From contig NC_043006.1 in assembly GCF_006345805.1 (NCBI RefSeq), forward strand, positions 87,296,001 through 87,360,000: a stretch of DNA of 64,000 nt. Direction: 5' to 3'. Below the pieces are notes generated by a model. It saw only the letters and a program-made list of their open reading frames with translations. It was not told where the DNA came from and ran no database searches. The translations under genes were made by a program, and so were the position numbers. This DNA is from Octopus sinensis (lineage: Eukaryota). Shown here piece by piece: positions 26,234-37,969 of the stretch; position 1 is the first letter of the stretch; the number at the start of each line of letters is the position of its first letter.

Positions 26234-26937
26234 GTATGTATATATAGTCAAGAGGAGACTAAAATAGCAGAATCAGTTAATCTTTCTATTATAGCATAAA
26301 ACATTACATAATATTTACATGTGTTTACTATTATGTCATGTGGCAACCATTACACAGACAACTGTTATTCATTTTAGAATGCCAGATCTTCAGAAGAAAA
26401 TAGTAATTTAATCTATTGTAAACTACCATCAACAGTTGGTAGGCAGACAACATGAAAGCTGAATGTAAATTCAGTAGATCATTCAATATATAGCAGTTAA
26501 GAAAAGGAATTTTATCATTTATATTTAATCGATGTGATAAAGACAGATGGTGAGGAAGATTGGTTAAAAGTATCATCAAGATGTCTTGGGAAAAGAAGAA
26601 ATTTGACTCTTAAAATGGTTTAATTTAAAATAAGAATTTTCTTTTTTTGTACAAGCACAAAATTCTTAAGTCACTTAAATTCTACAGATGTGTTTCTACA
26701 CAGGTCAAACTGTTTAATACATTAAGCTAATAAAAAATTAAACTGGTAAATAAGCATAACTACTCAAATAACAATGATGATATAAAATTCATATATCTTT
26801 ACAACATTACAATATAAGTGAACAGCATATACATGCATACACACACACACACACACACATATATGTATATATGCATGTATGTAGATATATATACATATAT
26901 AACTTGTTCTAAATCTCTGAGCGAGAGATCTAGAGTA

Positions 26938-27610
26938 ACAGTGGAAGAGGTAGACCCAGGAAGACCTGGGAAGATGTGGTGAAACATGACCTCCGAACAT
27001 TAGGCCTCACCAAGGCAATGACTAGTGACTGAGACCTTTGGAAATGTGGTGTGCTTGAGAAGACCCAGCAACCCAAGTGAGACAATAACCTTGTGGCCTA
27101 CGCCAAGGGTGTAACCAGCCCACTTATGCATACCTTTCCTTCATTGGATACTAAACTCTGTTTGCAAAGACCTATTGAGGCAAGTAACATTGAAATCAAA
27201 ATCAAATTCGATGACTGGCATCCATGCTAGTGCAGCACTAAGAGCACCTTTCTAGTGTGATCATTGCAAGAGCAGCTAACCGGCTTCTGTGCCAGTGGCA
27301 TGTGAAAAAAACATTCAAGCGAGGTCTTTGCCCATGCTGCTGGACTGGCTCCTGTGCATGTGGCACATAAAAAACACCATTTGAGTGTGGCCGTTGCCAG
27401 TACTGCCTGACTGGCCCTCATGCCGGTGGCATGTAAAAGCACCCACTACACTCTTGGAGTGGTTGGCATTAGGAAGGGCATCCAGCTGTAGAAACTCTGC
27501 CAGATCAGATTGGAGCCTAGTGTAGCCATCTGGTTCGCCAGTCTTCAGTCAAATCGTCCAACCCAATGCTAGCATGGAAAGTGGACATTATACAATGATG
27601 ATGTTGATGA
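26938..27610 (+). mobile_element. RTE LINE 3' fragment, same family as 10995-12172
   Basis: GRGRPRKTWEDVVKHDL, UTR tandem units and a TGATGATG tail. Confidence 0.85.
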
Positions 27611-29450
27611 ATATTACCCGGCATTGCCTGGGATTAAGTTAGGATTATTAAGTGATCAAGTGCTTTATTTCAAACCAAAATAAGTGACACTGACATCAAA
27701 TTTGAGTAAAATCCATTGAAATTGGTAAATGTTTGGCTGAAAATGGGTTGCAGGCAATTTGATTGGGAAATCCATAAGGAATCAGTTTATCGATTATTTC
27801 CACTCATTGATTGTTTTTTTTTTGTTTTTTTTTGAGAACTTAAAGCATTCAAAGGTAATGCTGGCATCAAGTTTGAGCAAAATATGTCAAAATTGGTAAA
27901 AGTTACAGTTGAAAATGGAGTGTAGCTAATTTTAGTGGGAAATCCTATAAGGAATCGGTTTCTCAATTTTTTATCCTGATTGAATGGAAAACTTCAAATG
28001 GATGTCTGCCACTGATAGTATTTGGCCTTGGGGTTTGTTGATGAACATGGCAAAGCATGGTCTCACCAGGAACTGCAATCTGCAGAAGTTAAACAGCATG
28101 TCTGACCCTGAGGGTTAAATCTGCATCCTTGAAATGAAAACATTTTCACCACTCCTGTACCCTGTAACAGTGGTGGCCTCAATCAAGAGGGGCGTCAGGG
28201 ACTTGATTACTAAGCAGGTCCCATTGCACTGTTTAGGTGGAAGCAAATTTCTGATTTGCATAATTGGGCATCCAGCCCTTAGCCTAAGAATGTGAGGTGG
28301 AAGCCCTGCTGGCTCCAATGAGTTGAGAAACTCGATAGGGTAATTGACAATGTCTTGGGGGTCAGAGGTCCGGTCAATCAATTTGTAGATGCGCTCCTGA
28401 CCCAGAATTCAGCTTATGAGCTGGTCGTTGATAGCACTGGCAGCTACATTTTTGGGGGCCAGGATGGTTCTTTCACTGAGTCAATTCATGTCTGCATAAT
28501 TACTTTCCAGATTGGGGAACACTGTTTCCAAAAGATCAGATAGGTTGCCCATGGTGTTGCACAGTTCAGAGATAGATATGTTGCCCCTATCATTCCTAGG
28601 GAGCTTGCCTTCTCCAAGGGCTAAAATATCTTCAGCAAATGCTGCAGACGTGCTATCACCAAGCAAGTGCACATGCATGTTTGTGCATAGGCTGGAGCCA
28701 CAATGTGGATGACTTAAAGCATGCACGCACTTCATCAGCCCAGCTCCCTTTAGGGATGACAGGAAGGGTTTGCTGGAAATCTCCTGAAAGCAATAGAGTT
28801 ACACCACTCATAGAAGCTGTAGAATCCCTGATACCTTTCATTGACAGGTTCAGTGCCTCAAGGGCATCCTTATTGGTCATTGTCCATTCATCTCATACAA
28901 TGAGATGACACTGTCTAAGAACTTCAGCTTCCTCTGAATTTTTGCCAATGTTGCAAGTAGGAACCTTGGCCCTCACCAAATGTAAAGGCAGCTTGAATAC
29001 CAAGTGTGCCATCCTACCTTCCGGCAATAACGTAGCAGCAATTCCCACGGAAGCAACAGCTATCGCAATTTGTTTCTCGTGACAAATCTTAGCAAATATT
29101 AATTGCGTTACAAAGTATTTGCCGGTACCTCTAGCAGCATCGAGGAAAACAATGCCACCCGCCTGCTTTTCAATGGCACTGACAACAGTTTCGTACACCA
29201 GCCTCTGATCAGGGAGCAATTTTGGTTCATTTACTCTCAGGTACTCCACAAGGCCATCAGCATCATACAACAACTACAGAAGTCCTGCTGCAATGAGGAT
29301 GGCAAACCAAATGTGTTCAACGCCACCCCACCCATTTTGAGCAGGGCATCCTCGATTTCAATCAGCGCATTATTGTAGATCAGGCCATTGCATCCAATGT
29401 CAGCATTAGGGCACTGTTGCTTTGCCAGTCATCATTTGCCTTGATCACCG
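27611..29450 (-). mobile_element. Decayed autonomous Helitron fragment: PIF1-type helicase pseudogene (~28000-29450), subterminal ~175-bp duplication and 3' hairpin
   Basis: IYNNALIEIEDALLKMGG, FLDAARGTGKYF, AVASVGIAATLLPEGRMAH, SGDFQQTLPV, YPIEFLNSLEPAGLPPH and FAMFINKPQGQ. Hairpin CCCGG-CATTGC-CTGGG at 27617-27632; the terminal CTAG is not visible. Confidence 0.9.
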
Positions 29451-31208
29451 AGAAAGAATAATTACATACAGAGAATTTCATAAACAGAAATAAATGGAAA
29501 AAAGGTTGGTAAATTTTTAGATTAACACTTGCACAATTTTAACTAAGAAAAAAAATCAGATTTTTTGCATGGAATCAACTACCCTGGCCTCCTAATATGC
29601 TACAAAACCCTTCTTGTGGTCCGAAAAACTGGGTGGGGTATGGTGGAAGCCTCGGAAATTTCACCCTCCCCCCATACTCATTGATCTTTTCACCATTTAT
29701 TTTTCAATATGCATGAAAAAATACGGAGATTAAGAATATGGAAAACATATATGGAGTACATGTGTATTCTTAGACATATGAGCATATCTCCATATGTTAG
29801 TGGGTACAAATTATTTAAAACATAAATATATGCATGTGTGTGTATGCATGAATATGCCTGTACTGCCTCACCTTTTATCTGCCACTAAATTCTTAGGTAT
29901 TTATCACCATTAACTTAAAACTTTCTTTGATCTAAATTAGTTTAGGCATTGAATTTCTTCCCTTCCCCAGACAAACTGACTATACTTATAACCACTTTCC
30001 CTCTTTCTGTATTTCACTGATAAAATATAAATAATTAAATTCCTTTTCTTACCTTATTATGTAGAATGATCTACTGAATTTACATGCAGTTTCTATTTTA
30101 TTTCTGCTCATCAACAGTCGTTGAAAATCAACAATAGATGAAATTGCTATTTTCTTCTGAAGGTCTGGTATTCTGAGTGATTATGCAATTGTCTCCGTAA
30201 TGATTTACTGCCTAACATACTAGTTTACACTTGTCAAACACATGTAAAGTTTATGTAATTTCTGAGGTTATAAAAGAATGCTTGATCAAATCTCCTCTTT
30301 CATTCTCCTCTGTAATTTATTCAAATGTAATTTATTCAAATGTATATAATATTGAAAATCTTATTACAAAGTATGCTTAATACCTGACTGGAAGTTGGAT
30401 ATATATATATATATATATATAAAAGAATTTACATGGAGTTCTAAGCAGCAGTTAACTGTTATGCTATTTCATTCAAGACAATAACTTTACAACATACATG
30501 TATATATTCAATTTCTAATTATCAAAATTCATTCGCAAAGCTTTGGTCGTCCTTGGTTACAGTAGAAGAGATTTGTTCAAGTTTCCATATGATGAGATTG
30601 AAACTAAAACCAAGTAGTAAAAAAGTGAATTTCTTAACTACACAGCCATACCTGCATTTCCTTTATATATGTGTGTGTGTGTGTAAGTGTGCATCTGTGT
30701 GTGTGTGTGAGAGAGAGAAAGAGAGAGAGAGAGAGAGAAGAGAGAAATGCAGTTTTTTCCACTCAAGAAATATGGGAAAATAGCGAGGGGCTGATTGAAA
30801 AATATTATTATCTCACTCCTATATACATACACACACACACACACACATATATATATACTAGCACTATGACCCGGCATGAGAGGGAAGAGAGTAATTAGAA
30901 ATTTAATTAACTGGCACCTTGTTGATTGTGAAAAGCTAAAGGTCTCTCTTATTAATGTAGGTCACATAACTCAAAAATAGGAACACATTTTATTTTAGTC
31001 TCTCCTTGTAAATATGGTTATGTAGGTCATTTTAAAATGCTGTAGTCCAGGGCTCAAATGCACTGCATATATTGTTGAGCATATGTTTTTAGAGTAATCA
31101 GTCATGGGTTACTAATCTTAGTAATGGGTTACTAATCTTAGTAATGGGTTACTAATCATAGGTAGAACTTGGTTGAGAGAAACTATGCAAAAGTTGATCA
31201 TGTGCATG

Positions 31209-31438
31209 CAGGGTTGGCCAAAAGTCACCAGACAGTAAATCAAAACCATTTAATTCCAAGATTTATTTATGTTTAACAACTGAATGAATTCAATAAAAGC
31301 ATCTAAATATGATACATCATGAAAATTGTTCAAACTGAAGTCCTTCTTGAGCGACACATTTGTCCATTTGAGTCAATATAGAATTACTGATAGTATTTAT
31401 GGAATTTTGATTTACTGTTGTGTGCTTTTGGGCAACCT
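31209..31438. mobile_element. Tc1/mariner-type MITE
   Basis: ~35-bp imperfect TIRs (AGGGTTGGCCAAAAG...CAGTAAATCAAAA). Confidence 0.7.
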
Positions 31439-31488
31439 TATATATATATATATATATTTAAAAAAGGAGATGTGGAACACAAGTTGTG

Positions 31489-31814
31489 ATATATAAAAAA
31501 AGGAAATGAAGAAAATGTTGACAAAATAATTTAAGTAAGGGGGAGTGTATTTAATTAGGTGAAAGTTCTTTTTACCGGTTGCGCATTTGTTATGCTTATC
31601 AAAAAATACTTTTTTAAGAGAAATAGAGTTCCTTTCTGATAGATTTTTTTCTCTTAAGAGAAAAAAAATCTATCAGAAAGGAACTCTATTTCTCTTAAAA
31701 AAATATCTTTTGATAAGCATAACAAATGCGCAACCGGTAAAAAGAACTTTCACCTAATTAAATACACTCCCCCTTACTTAAATTATTTTATCAGCATTTT
31801 CTTCATTTCCTTTT

Positions 31815-31822
<8 letters not shown>
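31489..31822. repeat. Spacer-less ~330-bp palindrome
   Basis: Centre CTCTT|AAGAG at 31655/31656. The arms 31501-31655 and 31656-31811 differ by 4 transitions and one homopolymer indel. Confidence 0.97.
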
Positions 31823-31853
<31 letters not shown>

Positions 31854-31854
31854 A

Positions 31855-32288
31855 TCTATGTATATAAAACTCAACTAGTGTGTCTGTGTGTGTATCTGTG
31901 TGTTTAACTTCCCAGCACATCTCCTCCTAGCCAACAAATCGTAGAACCACCAAAAATGGGTCACTTAAAGTTTAGGCGAATGAAAATTGAACTGCACTAT
32001 TTCTGTTCCAAGATTCATCTCGCAAGTGCAAAAATCGATAATGTGTAAAAAAACAAAACCAAGCAAACGGAGATTTTTTTAAACAACGAAAAAACAGAGT
32101 AAAAGACATACAACACAAGGTAAATTCCCCTTCTTCAGCTGCCTCTGTTTCGTCTACTCCATGTTTCGAAAGTAAAGACAAGACACGACTTCTTGGAAAC
32201 AGCCCTTCCCACAAAGCAAATTAAATAAAATTTGAGATATATATATATACTAGCATTATGACCCGTCGTTGCTGGGTCATAGTGCTAG
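31855..32288 (+). mobile_element. Non-autonomous Helitron-like element, 434 bp
   Basis: A|TCTATGTATATAAAA start followed by GTGTGTCT repeats. Ends in a hairpin then CTAG|T. Confidence 0.6.
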
Positions 32289-32294
32289 TATATA

Positions 32295-32326
<32 letters not shown>

Positions 32327-32589
32327 GTGTGTGTATATATGTGTGTGTGTATGCATATATATATGAATATATATAATATATATATATTATATATATACAT
32401 ATATATATATATATACATATGTACATACATATATATATATATTATATATATATATATATACTATATATTATATATATATATTATATATATAGATATATAT
32501 ATATATATACATATATATACATATATATACACACACACACATTGATTTCTGTTGGATGAACAAGACAAAAGTGGTCAATACATGCACAC

Positions 32590-32665
32590 AATATAACATA
32601 GAAACTGAATGTTTGTCACATGTCTCAAGTTTCATACCATTGCCATCTTCAGGCATTAAACATGA
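32590..32665 (-). mobile_element. Penelope-like 3' end remnant (CTGAAGA...GAAAC)
   Basis: Reverse complement GCCTGAAGATGGCAATGGTATGAAACTTG; degenerate. Confidence 0.3.
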
Positions 32666-32764
32666 ATCACATCTTCACTGTTTATTGCCCCTGAGCATTT
32701 GCCACACACAAAAACTATCTTCCCACTTAACCTTCCTTTGATATTGCTGCACCTCTTATGTGTC

Positions 32765-34290
32765 TATATCTTACACTGAGCACATTTTATGGAGTTTCTA
32801 CCCACGCCTTTTCCACAGATCAAGCAGGGCCATCTACCTGAAGGGATTTGTGGTTTGTCTGCCTTCCTTCTTATTAAGACTTTGGTTTTTGCTAGGTTGA
32901 CTGAAAGGTCCTTCGATACTAGACCTTGCTTCCACACCTGAAACTTTTTCTCTAGTTCTGATAGTGACTCAGCTATTAGAGCAAGGTCATCAGCATAGAG
33001 AAGCTCCCAGGGGCATCCTGTCCTGAATTCCTCTGTTACAGCTCTCACTAAACATTTATCTATCCCCAGTTTCCTCGTTGATCACCAGATAAGGGATCGG
33101 GAGACCCTGTCAAAGGCTTTCTCCATGTCAACGAAAGCTAGGTACAGAAGTTTATCTTTGGCTAGATATTTCTCATGCAGTTGTCTTCCCAGAAATATAG
33201 CATCAGTGGTTCTTTTCCTTGGCACAAATCCAAACTGCATCTCTCTCTCCCTAATTAGTTGGGCCATGACCCTCTCTGTGACTTTCATTACTTGATCCAA
33301 TAACTTGATACCTCTGTAACTATTTGTATCTAATGCATCACCTTTACCTTTGTAGCAGTTTACTATAGTGCTGCTACACCAGTCATTGGGTATGATTCCT
33401 TCATGTATCACCTGACTGGCTATATGGGTGACTAGACTATAGCCAACACCACCAGATTTTTTCTTATCTGCTTCCCCTCTGGTTAAATAAACCTGTATCC
33501 CTTCTGGCAGTCTGATATAATTTCCTGCTACCATCATTCTTCCAGTCCTTCCATGCCTGTTTCTTTTTCATAATGTCCCTGCCAACTACATTGTTCCACT
33601 ACCACGTTACCTTGGGTCAAGAGGGGACTTTGCACCATTCACAGGTCTGGTCAGTAGCCTTCAACAGATTGTCCCGTAGAAACTTCCAGTTGTCTTCCAG
33701 ATTATGTGATGCTACATCCCCCTCTATTTCGTCAAGAGCTTCGAGTAATATGTCCCTAAATCTCTGTCCATTCGCAGGATCTTTAAGCTTCCAGACCTTT
33801 TTTCTCCATGCTGGTCGTCTTCTGGGCATTCATTTAGCCAAAATCCTGAAGTCGCTAACTACAAATCTATGTTGTGAGGTGCATTCTTCACCTGGGAAGG
33901 TTTTGGCATTTATAAGTAGCCCTCTTTCTTGTTTCCTGGCAAGGATGTAGTCTATTTGACAAGTGTGTCTACCAGATCAATAAGTGAATAGGTGACTGGC
34001 AGGTTTCCTGAAGTTAGTATTACAAATCATAAGATCATTTGCATTGCAGGACTCCAGCACCCTGGTTCCCTTCTCATTGCAGGAACCAAAACCATAGCCT
34101 CCATGTATGCCATGGACCCCCTGCATGTTGTCTAACATGCCCTTGGAAGTCGCCAACCACAAAGAGAAAGTCCCTATCATTCGTCGACGAGGTAGTTTGC
34201 AAGAGGGTGTCATAAAATTGGTCTTTCTGTCCAACAGGTAGCCCCGCGATAATGGTTATACACTCATGATGCAGCACTGAAGCTGTGTTG
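32765..34290 (-). mobile_element. RTE LINE ORF2 fragment (end of the APE endonuclease, RT, start of a PHD-like finger), truncated at both ends with two internal deletions
   Basis: FLFVVGDF, ICNTNFRKP, NDWCSSTIVNCYKGKGDALD, AFVDMEKAFDRV, PWELLYADDLAL and WPCLICGKGVGRNSIKCAQCK. Confidence 0.92.
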
Positions 34291-34337
34291 GTAGAATTGT
34301 AAATCTGATGGTTGCATATATTCACATATATATATAT

Positions 34338-34649
34338 GTGGAGGCGCAATGGCCCAGTGGTTAGGGCAGTGGACACGTGGTCGGAGGATCGCAGTTTCGA
34401 TTCTCAAACCGGGTGTTGTGAGTGTTTATTGAGCGAAAACACCTAAAAAGCTCCACGAGGCTCCGGCAGGGGGGGGGGGTGATCCCTGCTGTACTCTTCC
34501 ACCACAACTTGCTCTCACTCTTTCTTCTGTTGGCCTGCTCGTTTAGCCAGCGGGGTGGCATCATTTGAAGGCTAAAACAATGCGAACCGCATTGTGACCA
34601 GCGATGTGTAAAAACATCTGATGGTCTGGTCGGTCACGTGATCACGTGA
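34338..34649 (+). mobile_element. tRNA-derived SINE, family 4 with tail type A
   Basis: A box TGGCCCAGTGG, B-box-like GTTTCGATTCT. CpG-rich, inserted in a (TA)n tract. Confidence 0.75.
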
Positions 34650-34675
34650 TATATATATATATATATATATGTATG

Positions 34676-34706
<31 letters not shown>

Positions 34707-34770
34707 TATAAGCTTCCAATACTGAAACATGTGTAGCTCCTGCACATATATATATATATAGTTTTTTTTA

Positions 34771-35155
34771 TTCTTTTACTTGTTTCAGTCATTTGACTGC
34801 GACCATGCATAAGCACCACCATTTTAGTCGAGCAAATTTATCCCAGGACTTATTCTTTGTAAGACTAGTACTCATTCTGTCGGTCACTTTTTGCTAAACT
34901 GCTAAGTTATGGGGACATAAACACACCAGCATCAGTCGTCATGCAATGTTGGGGGTACCAACACAAACACACACACACACATATATATATATGACAGGTT
35001 GTTTTCAGTTTCTGTGTACCAAATCCACTCACAAGGCTTTGGTTGGACCAAGTCTATAGTAGAAGACAGTTGCCAAATGTGCCAAATAGTGGGACTGAAT
35101 GTGGAACCATGTGGTTGGTAAGCAAGCTACCTACCACACAGCCTCTACTGTACCT
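34771..35155 (-). mobile_element. CORE-type tRNA SINE
   Basis: Family layout on the minus strand. Confidence 0.75.
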
Positions 35156-35689
35156 ATATATATATATATATATAAATGAAAGAGGGGGTGTATTTCCATA
35201 CAGGAAAAAATATAAGCTAATTTGTTGTTGAAAATGCACCTGAATTTGAAAATTTAGCAATTGTTTAAAATAAATTTATTTACACATATACCAATCTAGT
35301 TTCAACAATACTTTTTGTTTATCAATGGTAAAAATTTAGAACGATGAATTAGTAAAACATTTTTAAAGGTTTCAATGTTGACAAATTTAAATGTTCATAA
35401 CAGACAAATTTGGAATTATGAATTAGAAGAACATTTTCAAAAATTTCTACGTTGACAAGTTTAAATGTTCATAACAGTCAACAATACAAAAACTGTGCAT
35501 CAGTTTGTTTGAATGTTCAAAGGTCATTAGTGTTAGCTGTGTTTTTTCCTCTCTTAACTCAGTATGCCTGAAACTTTGCTGATATTCATTTTTTGCCCTA
35601 ACTTCTCCTTGCATCAAAAAGATATCAGAACATTTTAGACCTAACGCAATACACAATATTTCACTAACACAATACACAATATTTCAAAT

Positions 35690-37933
35690 GTTGACCCAGT
35701 TGAGGGACCAACTAGCCAAATAGATAGCACCCTGGTAGATAAAGCAATTAAGGATATGAAGTCAGGAAAAGCCCCTGGCCCAATAGGAATCACTGCTGAA
35801 ATGCTTAAAATATCTGGTGGTGTGGGTTATGGTCTAATCATCCATATTGTAAATCAGGTAGTTCACAAAGGAGTCATACCCAATGACTGGTGTAGCAGCA
35901 CCATAGTCAACTGCTACAAAGGTGAAGGTGATGCTTTAGACAGAAATAACTACAGGGGTATCAAACTGCTGGATCAGGTGATGAAGGTCATGGAGAGGGT
36001 CATAGCCCAACTAATTAGGGAGAGAGTCAGCCTAGATGAGATGCAGTTTGTGTTTATGCCAGGTAGAAGCACCACTGATGCTGTATTTCTGGTAAGGCAA
36101 CTGCTGGAGATATACCTAGCCAAATATAAACCCCTATACCTAGCTTTTGTTGACTTGGAGAAAGCCTTTGACAGGGTCCCTGGATTCTTTATCTGGTGGG
36201 CAATGTGGAAACCAGAGATAGACAAGTGATTAGTATGAGCTGTACAGGGATGCTGTCAGTAAGGTAAGGGTTGGCAATGAGTATAGTGAAGAATTCCGAG
36301 TAGAAGTAGGGGTTCACCAAGGACCAGTCCTCAGCCCCCTTTTATACATCATAGTCCTGCAGGCAATAACAGAGGAATTCAGGACAGGCTTTCCCTGGGA
36401 AGCTCCTCTATGCTGATGACCTTGCTATCATAGCGGAATCACTACCAGAACTAGGGAAGAAATTTCAGGTGTGGAAGAAAGTTTTAGAAATGAAGGGCCT
36501 AAGAATCAATGTTGCAAAAACCAAAGTCCTAGTAAGTAGGAAGGCAAACACATCACAAACCCCTTCAGGTAGTAGATGGCCCTGCTTCACCTGTAGAAAA
36601 GATGTAGGTAGAAACTCCATAAGATATACCCAATGTAATGCATGGATGCATAAGACGTGCAGCAACATCAAAGGAAGGTTAGCCAGGATGGTAGTATTTT
36701 GTGAAGCAGATGCACAGGGGCAATAATCACCTGAGATGTTCAGAAAATAGATTCCATCACATGCCAGGGGGAGAAACTAGAAGTAGTTGACAGCTTCTGC
36801 TAGCTAGGTGACCAAATCTGTAGTGGGGGGTGGATGCTCTGAGAGTGTTGCCACTAGAATAAGAATAGCCTGGGCAAAGTTCAGAAAGCTCCTACCACTA
36901 CCAGTGACAAAGGGCCTCTCATTCAGAGTGAAAGGTAGACTATATGATGCATGTGTGCAAACTGCCCTGTTACACGGCAGTGAAATGTGGGCTATGACAG
37001 TTGGTGACATACGTAGGCTTGAAAGAAATGAAGCTAGTATGATCTGCTGGATGCATAATGTCAGTGTGCACACACAATGGAGTGTAAGTACTCTGAGAGA
37101 AATGTTGGACATAAAAAGCATCAGATGTAGTGTACAAGAGAGATGACTGCACTGGTATTGGTCATGTGCTGCGTATGGATGAGGAGAGCTAATAGTGGAA
37201 AGAATCCGTGGAAGAGAGAGACCCAGAAAGACATGGGATGAAGTGGTGGAGCACAACCTTCGAAAGTTGGGCCTCACAGTGGCAAGGACAAAAGACAAAG
37301 ACCTCTGGAGATTTGCTGTGATTGAGAAGAGCCAGCAAGTAAAGTGAGATCACAGCCATAGCCTATACCAGTGTCACATAACCAGCCCATTTAAAAAGTA
37401 CCTTTGAATTGTGCTTGAGGAGACCTATTGAGTCAAGTAAAATCAAAATCAAAATCACAATCAGAATCTCAATCAAATTGAAATCAAAATGGAAATTTAG
37501 TTGTGACCGAAGCCAGTGATGTCTGAGTGGCTCCTGAGCTGGTGGCCCGCAATAAGCACTATTCATGCGTGGGTCAATGCCAGCACCACCTGACTGGCTC
37601 CCTGTGCCAGTGACATGTAAAAAGCACCATCCGAATGTGGTTGATGTCAGCCCCCAACCCACCCCAATTGGCTCCTATGCTGGTGGCACATAAAAATCAC
37701 TGTCCAAACATGGCTGATACCAGTGCCACCTGACTGGTTCCCATGCTGGTGGCACACAAAAAGTACCCACTACACCCTCAGAGTGGTTGGCATTAGGAAG
37801 GGCATCCAGCTGTAGAAACCTTACCAGATCAGATTGGAGCTTGGTGCAACCTCCTGGCTTGCCAATCCCTAGTCAAACTGACCACACCATACCAGCATGG
37901 ACGGGCGTTAAACGATGATGATGATGATGATGA

Positions 37934-37937
<4 letters not shown>
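35690..37937 (+). mobile_element. 5'-truncated RTE LINE (RT, PHD-like finger, C-terminus, 3' UTR, (ATG)n tail); dead
   Basis: MKSGKAPGPIGITAEMLK, AFVDLEKAFDRV, LLYADDL, WPCFTCRKDVGRNSIRYTQCNAWMHKTC and KGRLYDACVQTALLHGSE, with stops and frameshifts. Confidence 0.93.

Positions 37938-37969
<32 letters not shown>

Noticed and set aside
32258-32545. IY/CV/TH-rich ORFs here and at 7105-7531, 12772-13033, 13845-14076 and 37873-38133
   Set aside because: Translations of TA/CA/TG microsatellites.
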